Below are positions 46,182 through 55,234 of a DNA stretch of 64,000 nt, piece after piece; within the stretch, counting starts at the first letter, position 1, and every line of letters starts with the position of its first letter. Under the pieces are notes generated by a model. The model saw only the letters and a program-made list of their open reading frames with translations. It was not told where the DNA came from and did no database searches. The stretch comes from Patescibacteria group bacterium. GTDB taxonomy: Bacteria; Patescibacteriota; Doudnabacteria; UBA920. Both the position numbers and the translations under genes were made by a program. The stretch is taken from positions 136 to 64,135 of the forward strand of contig WARV01000008.1 of the NCBI GenBank assembly GCA_013387205.1, written 5' to 3'.

Positions 46182-46526
46182 ATGCGCCATCAAAAGAAGA
46201 AAAAAATAGGCAAAGGAACTGACCATAGGAGAAAATTACTCAGAACACTTGCATCCTCGGCAATTCTTTACGAGAAGATTGAGACTTCTTATGCTAATGC
46301 CAGGGCCGTAAAGCCGTATCTGGAAAAAGCCATAACCCAAGCTAAAGATAATTCCTTGTATAGCAGGAGATTGTTGCTTTCCAGGCTGAGCACCATGGCC
46401 ACGAAAAAAGCTTTGGAAGTTTTAGGGCCTAAGTATAAGGAAAGAAAAGGCGGTTATACCAGGATGATTAAGCTGAATAATCCGCATGAAGGAAAGTCAA
46501 AAGTAATTTTGGAATTAGTAGAGTAA
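46182..46526 (+). CDS. rplQ: 50S ribosomal protein L17
   Basis: MRHQKKKKIGKGTDHRRKLLRTLASS ... GGYTRMIKL. Confidence 0.9.
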   Translation: MRHQKKKKIGKGTDHRRKLLRTLASSAILYEKIETSYANARAVKPYLEKAITQAKDNSLYSRRLLLSRLSTMATKKALEVLGPKYKERKGGYTRMIKLNNPHEGKSKVILELVE

Positions 46527-46528
46527 CA

Positions 46529-46619
46529 TAATCCGAATTATCCGAATATTATCCAAATGACCCGAATAGGGAAGAACTCATTTGGGGCATTCGGATGCTG
46601 ATTCGGGGGATTAGGATTA
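46529..46619. repeat. family E long imperfect inverted-repeat element
   Basis: cataatccgaattatccgaatattatccaaatgacccgaatagg ... catttggggcattcggatgctgattcgggggattaggatta, ends 6 nt before the rplM ATG. Confidence 0.65.
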
Positions 46620-46625
46620 ATAATT

Positions 46626-47045
46626 ATGCAATCACAGAAAATTACATTACCAAAGACAGTCAAACGCGTCTGGTATCAGATTGATGCATCTTCCCAAACC
46701 ATGGGCAGGGTGGCATCTAAAATCGCCAATTTGCTCAGGGGCAAGCATAAGAGGAATTTTACGCCTCATATGGACATGGGTGATTTTGTCGTAGCCGTAA
46801 ATGTAGACAAGCTCAAATTTACCGGCAAGAAAATGGAACAGAAGATGTACTACAGGCACTCCGGCTACTTGGGCGGCTTAAAAAGCTCTACTTTGAAGAC
46901 CGAGTTTCTTAAGCACCCGGACCAGGTTTTGAGGAAAGCGGTTTATAACATGCTTGACGACATTAAGTTCAGGAAGACACTTGTTTCTAGAATGAAATTA
47001 GTCAAAGGTACAGAACATAATTATAAGATAGACGAAACATTATAA
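46626..47045 (+). CDS. rplM: 50S ribosomal protein L13
   Basis: VKRVWYQIDASSQTMGRVASKIANLLRGKHKRNFTPHMDMGDFVV. Confidence 0.95.
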   Translation: MQSQKITLPKTVKRVWYQIDASSQTMGRVASKIANLLRGKHKRNFTPHMDMGDFVVAVNVDKLKFTGKKMEQKMYYRHSGYLGGLKSSTLKTEFLKHPDQVLRKAVYNMLDDIKFRKTLVSRMKLVKGTEHNYKIDETL

Positions 47046-47069
47046 CATTTAACATTTGACATTTAACCT

Positions 47070-47657
47070 TTGACAGAAAACAGTCAAATGTCACATGTCA
47101 AAGGTCACAGGTTTATTAAGATGCCAACTAAGACTACTACAACTAAAAAGACTACCAAGCCCAGAGCGCCCAGGAAAACTGCGGCTAAGCCTGCTGCGGC
47201 TCATGCCAAAAAGGCGGCAGAGCCCAAAGCGGAAGCTGCCAAAACGGCAGAGGTACAGCATTTGCCAAAAGGCGAATACGTTTTTGCCACAGGCAGGAGA
47301 AAAACTTCCATTGCCAATGTCAGATTGTTTTCCGGAAAAGGCGAAAGCATTGTAAACAAGAAGCCATTCGCTACTTACTTTGGCTATACCATTTACCAAA
47401 ATGAAGTAAACAGGCCTTTTGAGGTAACCGGTTTGGTTAACCACTATCATTTTGTTTGCAGCGTAAACGGCGGCGGCCCGCACTCGCAAGCGCAGGCTTT
47501 GCGCCACGGAATTTCTTTGGCTTTAAGCAGGATCTCTCCCGAAGTCAGGAAAGTTTTAAAGAAGAACGGATATCTTACCCGCGATGACAGGCAAAAAGAA
47601 AGAAAGAAACCAGGCTTAAAAAGAGCCCGCCGCGCACCACAGTGGGCGAAACGTTAA
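47070..47657 (+). CDS. rpsI: 30S ribosomal protein S9 with K/A/T-rich N-terminal extension
   Basis: GRRKTSIANVRLFSGKGESIVN ... VNGGGPHSQAQALRHGISLAL ... RDDRQKERKKPGLKRARRAPQWAKR. Start may be the internal Met at 47121. Confidence 0.9.
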   Translation: MTENSQMSHVKGHRFIKMPTKTTTTKKTTKPRAPRKTAAKPAAAHAKKAAEPKAEAAKTAEVQHLPKGEYVFATGRRKTSIANVRLFSGKGESIVNKKPFATYFGYTIYQNEVNRPFEVTGLVNHYHFVCSVNGGGPHSQAQALRHGISLALSRISPEVRKVLKKNGYLTRDDRQKERKKPGLKRARRAPQWAKR

Positions 47658-47666
47658 TTTTACTAT

Positions 47667-47699
47667 CAGACCACCCGTCATTGGGTGGTCTTTTGTTTT
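47667..47699 (+). terminator. intrinsic terminator after rpsI
   Basis: agaccacccgtcattgggtggtcttttgtttt. Confidence 0.7.
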
Positions 47700-47831
47700 G
47701 CATCAAGATATTTACCGCAATTTTCATAAGTTTAATCTTAAGATATTACAAAATTTAATGTTGATAACCGCGCGTTACCTTTTTCACTAAATATCGTATA
47801 ATTAAGTAAGAATTAAAAATTAAAAAATAAT

Positions 47832-48614
47832 ATGGACTCACAAAACAATACGTTTCCAAGGGCGCTTATTTGGTTACTCGGCATCTTTTTAATATTAGTC
47901 ATGGTAGTTTATATTGGCGATAAAGCTTTCCAAATATCAAAGCAGGCCAAGGAAAGCAAGGAACCGCAAAAAACCATTTCCATTTCCGCAGAGGGAAAGG
48001 TTAAGGCAGTGCCCGATTTGGCTGTGGTCAATTTGGGCGTTATAACCCAAGGCACGACTGCTGCTGAAGTGCAGGACCAAAACAGCAAAAAAATCAATCA
48101 GATAATCGATTTCGTTAAGCAGCAAGGGATTAACAAAGAGGATATTTCAACATCCAATTTTAATATTTATCCTCAATACGATTACCGCAACGGAAAAAAT
48201 AATATTACCGGATATCAGGCAAACCAGACCGTCAGCATAAAAGTCAGGGGAGTTGATAAATCCACTGAAGCTTTGGGCAAAATAATAGATGGCGCGACAA
48301 ATAATGGCGCCAACGAAGTAAACGGCGTGTCTTTGAGTTTTGATGATCCGGATAACTTAAAAGAAAAAGCCAGGGAAAATGCGATTGAAAGAGCCAAGCA
48401 AAAAGCCCAGGAGATGGCCAGGGTAGCAGGGTTGACCTTGGGTAAAGTGGTTAGCGTTTCCGAATCCAACATGGGCGGATACCCGGTACCAATGGCGGAT
48501 GTGGCTTATGGCATGGGCGGAGCCGGAATTGCGCAAAAATCCATTTCTCCAAATATTGAGCCGGGCACGCAGGACATAACAGCCCAAATGACAGTGGTGT
48601 TTGAGATTAAATAG
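47832..48614 (+). CDS. SIMPL/DUF541 domain protein (periplasmic/oxidative-stress associated family)
   Basis: N-terminal TM then ISISAEGKVKAVPDLAVVNLGVITQG ... VSIKVRGVDKSTEALGKIIDGATNNGANEVNGVSLSFDD pattern typical of SIMPL. Confidence 0.8.
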   Translation: MDSQNNTFPRALIWLLGIFLILVMVVYIGDKAFQISKQAKESKEPQKTISISAEGKVKAVPDLAVVNLGVITQGTTAAEVQDQNSKKINQIIDFVKQQGINKEDISTSNFNIYPQYDYRNGKNNITGYQANQTVSIKVRGVDKSTEALGKIIDGATNNGANEVNGVSLSFDDPDNLKEKARENAIERAKQKAQEMARVAGLTLGKVVSVSESNMGGYPVPMADVAYGMGGAGIAQKSISPNIEPGTQDITAQMTVVFEIK

Positions 48615-48647
48615 TTAATAGTGAATAGGCAATAGGAAATAGTTTAT

Positions 48648-48684
48648 CAAGGGGCATCCTGTATCAGATACAGGATGCCCCTTG
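48648..48684. terminator. 37-bp perfect palindrome hairpin
   Basis: caaggggcatcctgtatcagatacaggatgccccttg. A second bidirectional terminator aaaaaactccggaatttccggagtttttt lies at 48757-48786. Confidence 0.6.
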
Positions 48685-48786
48685 ATGCATCTGGCGAATG
48701 GCTTGAGCCTACGGTTGAGCCATTCGTTTTGGCTTACTTAAGGCAAAAATTAAAACTAAAAAACTCCGGAATTTCCGGAGTTTTTT

Positions 48787-49120
48787 AGTGCTTTAAGCAA
48801 ACTCATAAGCCGAATTCTGTTTCTAAATAATCATCTGTCTAGCCCTTAAATTGCTCTAAGGGTCAAGCAGCCTACCTAACTTGGCTTTGCACTCAAGTAA
48901 GAGTTTAGCCGTTTCACCTTGGCATTGCTACCAAGACGATCCAATTGCTTGGATCTCCTAGCCTTTCGGCATCGGACGTTTCTGTTCGCATCTCGCACCT
49001 TGCGGTGGACGGGAATTACCCGCTACCCTTTTTGATAACTCTATAGAGGCTATCAAACAAGTGTTCGGACTTTCCTACCCAATTTTTACATTGGATTGAT
49101 TATTCGATTTGCTTAAAGCT
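48787..49120 (-). ncRNA. rnpB: RNase P RNA (bacterial type)
   Basis: Minus-strand sequence contains CR-I GGUAGGAAAGUCCGAACAC (rc of about 49061-49079), GGUGCGAGAUGCGAACAG region, and CR-IV/V AACAGAAUUCGGCUUAUGAG (rc of about 48800-48820). P1 helix gcuuuaagcaaa (49119-49108) pairs with uuugcuuaaagc near the 3' end. Terminator follows at 48757-48786. Promoter TTGACA-17-TAGAAT on minus at 49154-49126. Confidence 0.75.
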
Positions 49121-49125
49121 TCAAT

Positions 49126-49154
49126 ATTCTATCAGATATTATCAAAATTGTCAA
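49126..49154 (-). promoter_or_regulatory. sigma70-type promoter of rnpB (TTGACA-17-TAGAAT on minus strand)
   Basis: rc of 49149-49154 is TTGACA, rc of 49126-49131 is TAGAAT, 17-nt spacer. Predicted TSS coincides with the P1 5' strand. Confidence 0.5.
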
Positions 49155-49198
49155 GTATAAGCTGGAAAAAAGCAGTTAAAATTGATATAATATTTTAT

Positions 49199-50635
49199 AT
49201 GAAGAAAGCGGAGCTTATTTTTAACTTGGTGACCATACCAATGGACGGCTTAATGATAATAGCCGCCGGTGTGGTATCGTTTTTTATTAGGCAAAGGTCA
49301 ATAAATTTTATCGGACCCATTATCTACCAGCTGAATTTGGGCGATTTTGTCAGTACCGTTTACAAGCTTGCCCCTATTTTGATTCTTATTTTCGCTGTGC
49401 TAGGCTTGTATAACTTAAGAGGGACAAGAAAGTTTTCCGACGAGTTTTCCAAAATTGTCATCGGAATTTCCCTGGGGCTTTTGATTGTCATGCTCTTATT
49501 CTTCTTTAACCAGACAATTTTCCCTTCCAGGTTCATAATTTTAGCCACCTGGGGGTTGGGAATTTTGTTCGTGGTAGCCGGCCGCCTTGCATTAAAATTA
49601 GTCCAGCAGCTTTTGTTCTACCAAAACATCGGCCTGCATAAATTGGTTGTTATAAATAGCGAAAGCGGAAACATTTCGGTAATTGAACAGGTTTATAAAA
49701 ATAAAAAATACGGATACGAAATAACCAGCGAGTTGGAATATTCGGAAAGTATTTTTGAAAAGCTGCAAAATTTATACGACAATAAAAAAATCGACGAAAT
49801 TTTACAGGCTAATCCAGGGCTGGGAGACGAAATAAACTTGAGACTAGTCCAATTTGCCCGGAATAAAGGCTTGCAGTTCAGTTTCGTGCCGAACCTTTTT
49901 GAAGTCCAGAGAAATTCGATAGAAACTTACAACTTAAAAGGCGTTCCGGTAATCAGCCTGAAAAATACTCCGCTGGACGGCTGGGGAAAAGTCGCCAAAA
50001 GGATTTTGGATATTACAGCATCAACAATTTGCCTGGTTATAACCAGTCCGCTGTTTTTAATTATCTATATTGCCATTAAAATCGACAGTGAAGGCAAGGT
50101 GATTTATTCCGCTTTGCGCGGCGGCTGCGGCAGGGATTTTCCGTTTTACAAATTTAGGAGCATGTACAGCCACTTAAGCGTAGGCGCAATGTATGGCGGC
50201 GATGGAGCGGAAAAAGTCAGGCAGGAGCTTTGGAAAGTCAACAGCCGCGGCGGGGCAAGCGGACCGTTCTTGAAAATCAAAGATGACCCAAGAGTTACCA
50301 AGGTTGGAAAGTTTTTGCGTAAAACCAAGCTCGACGAAATTCCGCAATTTTGGAACGTGCTTAAAGGCGATATGAGCATGGTTGGCCCAAGAGCCCACGT
50401 TTTGGATGAAGTTGATCGGTACAGAAACCGCTACCGCAGGATGTTTTCAATAAAGCCCGGAATTTTTGGTATGTCGCAAATAGCGCAAAGTTCCTGGCCG
50501 GATTTGCCGTTTGAGGAAGAAATCAAGCTCAACACGTTTTATATTGAAAACTGGAGCCTATGGCTGGATTTGAAAATTTTGGCAAAAAGCTTTTGGCTTA
50601 TCTTTTTCGGCAGCAAAGCCAGGGAAGATTATTAA
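49199..50635 (+). CDS. polyprenyl-phosphate sugar phosphotransferase (bacterial sugar transferase, WbaP/EpsB-like)
   Basis: C-terminal LDEIPQFWNVLKGDMSMVGPRA conserved motif, N-terminal TM bundle. Start ATG 49199 preceded by tgatataat box (near-leaderless). Track start 49109 would overlap rnpB. Confidence 0.85.
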   Translation: MKKAELIFNLVTIPMDGLMIIAAGVVSFFIRQRSINFIGPIIYQLNLGDFVSTVYKLAPILILIFAVLGLYNLRGTRKFSDEFSKIVIGISLGLLIVMLLFFFNQTIFPSRFIILATWGLGILFVVAGRLALKLVQQLLFYQNIGLHKLVVINSESGNISVIEQVYKNKKYGYEITSELEYSESIFEKLQNLYDNKKIDEILQANPGLGDEINLRLVQFARNKGLQFSFVPNLFEVQRNSIETYNLKGVPVISLKNTPLDGWGKVAKRILDITASTICLVITSPLFLIIYIAIKIDSEGKVIYSALRGGCGRDFPFYKFRSMYSHLSVGAMYGGDGAEKVRQELWKVNSRGGASGPFLKIKDDPRVTKVGKFLRKTKLDEIPQFWNVLKGDMSMVGPRAHVLDEVDRYRNRYRRMFSIKPGIFGMSQIAQSSWPDLPFEEEIKLNTFYIENWSLWLDLKILAKSFWLIFFGSKAREDY

Positions 50636-50642
50636 TATATAA

Positions 50643-50733
50643 TCCGAATTACCCGAAATATTTATCCAAATGCCCCAAATAAAATAAGATGCATTCGGAT
50701 AATTCGGATGTTAATTCGGGGCATTAGGATTAC
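50643..50733. repeat. family E long imperfect inverted-repeat element
   Basis: ataatccgaattacccgaaatatttatccaaatgccccaaat ... gcattcggataattcggatgttaattcggggcattaggatta, ends 4 nt before the GT4 ATG. Confidence 0.65.
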
Positions 50734-50737
50734 ATTA

Positions 50738-51949
50738 ATGAGGGTTGCTTTAGCACATGATTCGTTTACTCAATTAGGCGGAGCGGAAAGGGTAATTGCA
50801 GAATTACACGAGATGTTTCCGGAAGCCCCGATTTTTACTTTGGTTTTAGACCGGAAGTTAAAGGGTGATTTTGCCGGCTGGGATATTAGGACATCATGGC
50901 TTCAGGTGTTATACAATTTCATTCCCAAGTTGCAGTACCTTTTGCCATTTATTCCTCTTGCTGTTTCGTCCTTGGATTTGTCCGGGTACGATGTGGTAAT
51001 TTCTTCCAGCTCAAGCTGGATTAAGAATATCAAGACGCCGAAAAATTGCATCCATATCTGCTATTGCCACACGCCTACCAGGTTTTTATGGGTAGATAAA
51101 GATTATGTGTCGCAAGAAGTGCCGAAATTTTTAAAGCCTTTGGTAAATTGGCTGCTTAAATTAATGAAAAAGTGGGATTTTAAAAAGGCGCAAAAAATCA
51201 ATTTTTTTATTGCCAACTCCAAAGAAGTCCAAAATAGGATTTCCCAATATTACCATCGTGACAGCGTAATAATTTACCCGCCGGTTGATACAAATTTTTG
51301 GCATCCAATCGCCCCGTCATCGTCATTGCGAGTGCAGCCGAAGCAATCTGTTAGATCAAACCAAGAGATTGCTTCGTCCACCTTCGCTGAAGCTACGGCG
51401 GACCTGCGATCGGATGCACTTCTCGCAATGACATCAAAAAAGGATTATTTCCTTATTGCCGGACGCCTGCAAGCGCACAAAAAGAATAATTTAATTGTTG
51501 AGATATTTAACGAGATCGGCTTGCCTTTGCACGTAGCGGGGACAGGACGCCAGGAAGATTATTTGCAATCCATTGCCAAGCCAAATATCAAATTTTTAGG
51601 CAGGATTAGCGACGAACAACTTAGGGATGAATACAGCGGAGCAAAAGGTTTAATTTTCCCGCAGCTCGAAGATTTAGGGCTAATTCCCATAGAAGCGGCC
51701 AGCTGCGGCACGGCAACTATCGCTCTTGCCAAAGGAGGTTCTTTGGAAACTGTAGTTCCCGGAGTAACAGGGGAATTATTTGAAACTTACGATAAGGAAA
51801 AAATCAAACAGATAATTCTTTCATGGAACCCGGATAAATATTCCCAAGAAAATTTAACGGTTCACGCTAAAAAGTTCGGCAAAAATTCATTTAAGGAAAA
51901 ATTATTGGAATTCATAAATAAAAATAATCTCAATGAAAGAAAGGTTTGA
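50738..51949 (+). CDS. GT4-family glycosyltransferase with in-frame 37-codon repeat-element insertion
   Basis: MRVALAHDSFTQLGGAERV (GT4 N-domain) ... FLIAGRLQAHKKNNLIVEIF ... FPQLEDLGLIPIEAASCGTATIA (GT4 C-domain). Inserted segment SLRVQPKQSVRSNQEIASSTFAEATADLRSDALLAMT corresponds to the family C element. Confidence 0.85.
   Translation: MRVALAHDSFTQLGGAERVIAELHEMFPEAPIFTLVLDRKLKGDFAGWDIRTSWLQVLYNFIPKLQYLLPFIPLAVSSLDLSGYDVVISSSSSWIKNIKTPKNCIHICYCHTPTRFLWVDKDYVSQEVPKFLKPLVNWLLKLMKKWDFKKAQKINFFIANSKEVQNRISQYYHRDSVIIYPPVDTNFWHPIAPSSSLRVQPKQSVRSNQEIASSTFAEATADLRSDALLAMTSKKDYFLIAGRLQAHKKNNLIVEIFNEIGLPLHVAGTGRQEDYLQSIAKPNIKFLGRISDEQLRDEYSGAKGLIFPQLEDLGLIPIEAASCGTATIALAKGGSLETVVPGVTGELFETYDKEKIKQIILSWNPDKYSQENLTVHAKKFGKNSFKEKLLEFINKNNLNERKV
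51322..51432. repeat. family C element (GTCATTGCGAG...CTCGCAATGAC), 111 bp, inserted in-frame within GT4 coding sequence
   Basis: gtcattgcgag 51322-51332, ctcgcaatgac 51422-51432, internal gaagcaatctgtt..aagagattgcttc hairpin. 111 = 3 x 37, reading frame preserved. Confidence 0.7.
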
Positions 51950-52826
51950 ATCTTCAGAAAATATCTATAACAAAATAAGCCCTACCGCTTGGTCTGTGGC
52001 TTATGGCAGGACTTTTACCGATATCCCATTTTCCAATGAAATTTATTCAGAACTAAAAAATGATAACCCGGCTTTTTTGCGATTGGAAAAAGACGGTATG
52101 TTAAGCGCCAGGCCGGTAGCCGTCCAATTCGAAGCTAGATACAAGTTAATTAATAAACTTACAAAGTTAAACGGTCAGAGACAAATTTTAGAGTTAGCAT
52201 CCGGTTTATCGCCGCGTGGAATGGAGCTTTCCAGTCAGGATTGTGATGTTTTTGTCGAAACGGATTTGCCGGAAATGATTGACCTTAAAAATGACATAGT
52301 AAGAAAAGTTTTACATCACAAAAATATTGCATTAGACGGGCGTTTATTCATCGAACATGGCAATGCCATAGAACCGGGAGGTTTGGCACAAGCTGCTAGC
52401 CATTTCAAACCGAATGAGCACGTTTGTGTGATTACCGAAGGGTTGTTGCGTTATTTGGACTTTGATGAGAAAACCAAAGTGGCAAAAAATGTAATATCTG
52501 TACTCAATAAATATGGCGGTTATTGGCTTACATCAGACACACAAACTTTGGCCGACGTGCCCGAATCACATAAAACCGATAATGCAAAATTTTCCAAGTT
52601 AGTCGGTAGGGAAATTTCAAAAAATTATTTTGAGACCCCGAAACACGCCGAAGATTTTTTTGAGAATTTGGGCTTTACGGTAAAGCCTTATTCGTTCAGC
52701 GAAATCGAAGATTGTTTGGTTTCTCCCATGCGTCTGGGCCTGGATAAAAAAACAGTTAACGAAGAGCTGTCTAAGCGCAGGGTATTCTTAATGAGATTAA
52801 AAGAATCGAATGAAAATAACCATTGA
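51933..52826 (+). CDS. class I SAM-dependent methyltransferase (LCM/TcmP-like)
   Basis: ILELASGLSPRG motif-I-like glycine-rich segment, size and pattern like leucine-carboxyl/TcmP O-methyltransferases. Overlaps upstream GT4 by 17 nt. Confidence 0.5.
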   Translation: MKERFESSENIYNKISPTAWSVAYGRTFTDIPFSNEIYSELKNDNPAFLRLEKDGMLSARPVAVQFEARYKLINKLTKLNGQRQILELASGLSPRGMELSSQDCDVFVETDLPEMIDLKNDIVRKVLHHKNIALDGRLFIEHGNAIEPGGLAQAASHFKPNEHVCVITEGLLRYLDFDEKTKVAKNVISVLNKYGGYWLTSDTQTLADVPESHKTDNAKFSKLVGREISKNYFETPKHAEDFFENLGFTVKPYSFSEIEDCLVSPMRLGLDKKTVNEELSKRRVFLMRLKESNENNH

Positions 52827-53931
52827 TTTACGAAGCTTGTCGAGCGGGAATGTTTCGGGCGTGGAAAACTACACTTTGAACCTTTTGGAACATTTGCTGA
52901 CAATTGATAAGAAAAATACATATACGCTGTATTATAATTCCTGGAAAAAAGCCAGCTTGCCGGATTTGCATTTTATTAATTCGAAGATTGTAAAGACCAG
53001 TTTTCCGAATAAAGTTTTAAACTTGATGCTGATGGCAAAGCTGGTTGATATGGAAAAATTATCCGGACCGACTGACTGCCTGTTCATGCCGAATTTGAAC
53101 CAGTTTAACATCAATCCTAATGTGAAACTAGTTTTAACTGTCCACGACTTATCGCCGATTGTAACGCCTGAATATTATGATGCAAAAAGGAACCTTTGGC
53201 ACAAGCTTTTAAGGTACAAACAGGCTTTTAATAGGGCTGACTTGATATTCGCCGTATCGGATTTCACTAAATATGATTTAATGAAGCATTTCAATTTGCC
53301 GGAAAATAAAATTCACGTTGTACATTCTGGGATTGACCATAAACATTTTAATACAGAAATACCAGATGAAAAATTAAGGGAAGTGAGGAATATTTACGGC
53401 TTGCCAGGCGATTATATTTTGTTTTTAAACACCATTGAACCAAGGAAAAATTTATCAGGAGTGATAAAAGCGTTTGAATTATTGGACCATCCTGTAAATT
53501 TAGTCATTGCCGGAAAGAAAGGTTGGAAAAACGGGGGTTTGTTTAATCAAATCAGAAAAAGCCGCAAAGCAAAGAAAATTAAATATTTGGGTTACATTAA
53601 AGAAGAAGACAAACCGGCAATTATCAAGCTTTCTCGGGGCTTAGTTTATCCTTCGTTTTACGAAGGTTTTGGTTTTCAGCCTCTTGAGGCAATGGCGTGC
53701 GGAGTGCCTACTGTAGTATCCCAGGTTTCAGCTCTGCCGGAAGTAGTAAAAGATAGTTCTTTGTTGATTAATCCTTATGACCCAAACAGTATGGCTTTGG
53801 CTTTAGAGCAAATTTTATCTGATGAGGAATTGTCGGGTCAACTAGTCCAAAAAGGACTGAATTTGGTTAAGGAATATAATTGGGATAAATTTGCAGGGCA
53901 GATTTTGGAAGGGTTGAATAGTCTCTACTAA
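52810..53931 (+). CDS. GT4-family glycosyltransferase
   Basis: YPSFYEGFGFQPLEAMACGVPTVVSQVSALPEVV. Confidence 0.85.
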   Translation: MKITIDLRSLSSGNVSGVENYTLNLLEHLLTIDKKNTYTLYYNSWKKASLPDLHFINSKIVKTSFPNKVLNLMLMAKLVDMEKLSGPTDCLFMPNLNQFNINPNVKLVLTVHDLSPIVTPEYYDAKRNLWHKLLRYKQAFNRADLIFAVSDFTKYDLMKHFNLPENKIHVVHSGIDHKHFNTEIPDEKLREVRNIYGLPGDYILFLNTIEPRKNLSGVIKAFELLDHPVNLVIAGKKGWKNGGLFNQIRKSRKAKKIKYLGYIKEEDKPAIIKLSRGLVYPSFYEGFGFQPLEAMACGVPTVVSQVSALPEVVKDSSLLINPYDPNSMALALEQILSDEELSGQLVQKGLNLVKEYNWDKFAGQILEGLNSLY

Positions 53932-54045
53932 ATACTAATATGTACTAAATATACTAAAGTAATATACCAGCAGTGATATCAATTAAGTATATTTGGATGA
54001 TATTTAGTACCTTTAGTATTAATTAGTATTTAGTAGAAAGATTAG
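53931..54045. repeat. family F palindromic element, copy 2 (inverted relative to 9521-9633)
   Basis: taaatactaatatgtactaaatatactaaagtaatataccagcagtgatatcaattaag ... ctttagtattaattagtatttagtag. Confidence 0.6.
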
Positions 54046-54059
54046 TAGTAAAAATATTT

Positions 54060-55190
54060 ATGATTATTGGACTAGACCTTAGAATGTTAGGCAATCGGCA
54101 TGGCGGCATAGGGCGCTACTCTTTGGAATTGGCAAAAAATATCCTAAGAACAGACAAAATAAACTATTACAAGTTATTTGTAAACCCTAAAAATTCTGAC
54201 GAAGGCGATATAAAACAATTTGAGCAATTCAGCAACGCAACAATTATTCCAGCCAATATTAGGCATTATTCTTTAATGGAACAGATTAAGTTTTGGAGAG
54301 TGCTTAATAAGGAAAACCTGGATTTGGTCCATTTCATGAATTTTAATGTCCCGATAATGTATGACCGCCCTTTTATAGTGACAATCCATGACGTAGTGCA
54401 TCACAAGATTGGCGGAGCGAAAAAAAGCCGCTTGCCGCATTTCTTGGCGTATAAAAAAGTCATTGGCAACGCGTCTAAGAAAGCAGCCAGGGTAATAACC
54501 GTTTCAGAATATTCAAAAAATGACATATCAAAATATTTGCAAATACCTTTGGAAAAAATTGATGTGGTTTACGAAGGCGCGTCCGTTAAAACCGATATTT
54601 CTGAAAGCAGGATAAGCCAGGTCAAGAAAAAGTATTTGCTAGACAAGCCTTATTTGTTGTTTGTCGGCGTCTTAGAGCGCAAAAAAAATGTCATTAACCT
54701 TGCCAGAGGTTTTGACGTACTTTTGAAAAAATACAAATTTGACATTGATTTAGTTTTTGCCGGCAAGCCCGACCCGCATTATCCGGAAATAAAATACAAA
54801 GCCATGGACATAAAGTTTAAAGACCACTTGGTTTTCACGGATTATTTGGAAGACGAAGATTTGGCGGCATTGTATAAGGGCGCGCACGCGTTCGTATCGG
54901 CATCGATGCATGAAGGGTTTGGCCTGCCGGGGGTTGAAGCCATGAAATTCGGGCTGCCATTGGTTGTTTCCAACATTGACGTGTTTAATGAAATTTATGA
55001 TAAGGCGGCTATATATTTTAATCCCTTGGATCCTGATGATATCGCGGAGAAAATCAGCCTTTTGGTGAGTGATGAAAAATTCCACGCCCAAATGCAAACG
55101 TTTAGTTTTACTCAGGGCCAAAAATTCAATTGGGAAGAAACAGCAAAGCAGACCCTGAATATTTATCAAAAAGCCTTAAATGAAATATAA
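54060..55190 (+). CDS. GT4-family glycosyltransferase
   Basis: VSASMHEGFGLPGVEAMKFGLPLVVSNIDVFNEI. Confidence 0.85.
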   Translation: MIIGLDLRMLGNRHGGIGRYSLELAKNILRTDKINYYKLFVNPKNSDEGDIKQFEQFSNATIIPANIRHYSLMEQIKFWRVLNKENLDLVHFMNFNVPIMYDRPFIVTIHDVVHHKIGGAKKSRLPHFLAYKKVIGNASKKAARVITVSEYSKNDISKYLQIPLEKIDVVYEGASVKTDISESRISQVKKKYLLDKPYLLFVGVLERKKNVINLARGFDVLLKKYKFDIDLVFAGKPDPHYPEIKYKAMDIKFKDHLVFTDYLEDEDLAALYKGAHAFVSASMHEGFGLPGVEAMKFGLPLVVSNIDVFNEIYDKAAIYFNPLDPDDIAEKISLLVSDEKFHAQMQTFSFTQGQKFNWEETAKQTLNIYQKALNEI

Positions 55191-55234
55191 TATATTTAGC
55201 TAGGAAGTGATCTCAAAATCTCATTAGTATCATT

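Noticed and set aside
2815-54045. CRISPR array interpretation of the many short palindromic repeats
   Set aside because: Repeats are not regularly spaced direct repeats with unique spacers. They are dispersed inverted-repeat elements of differing families, and no cas genes are present.
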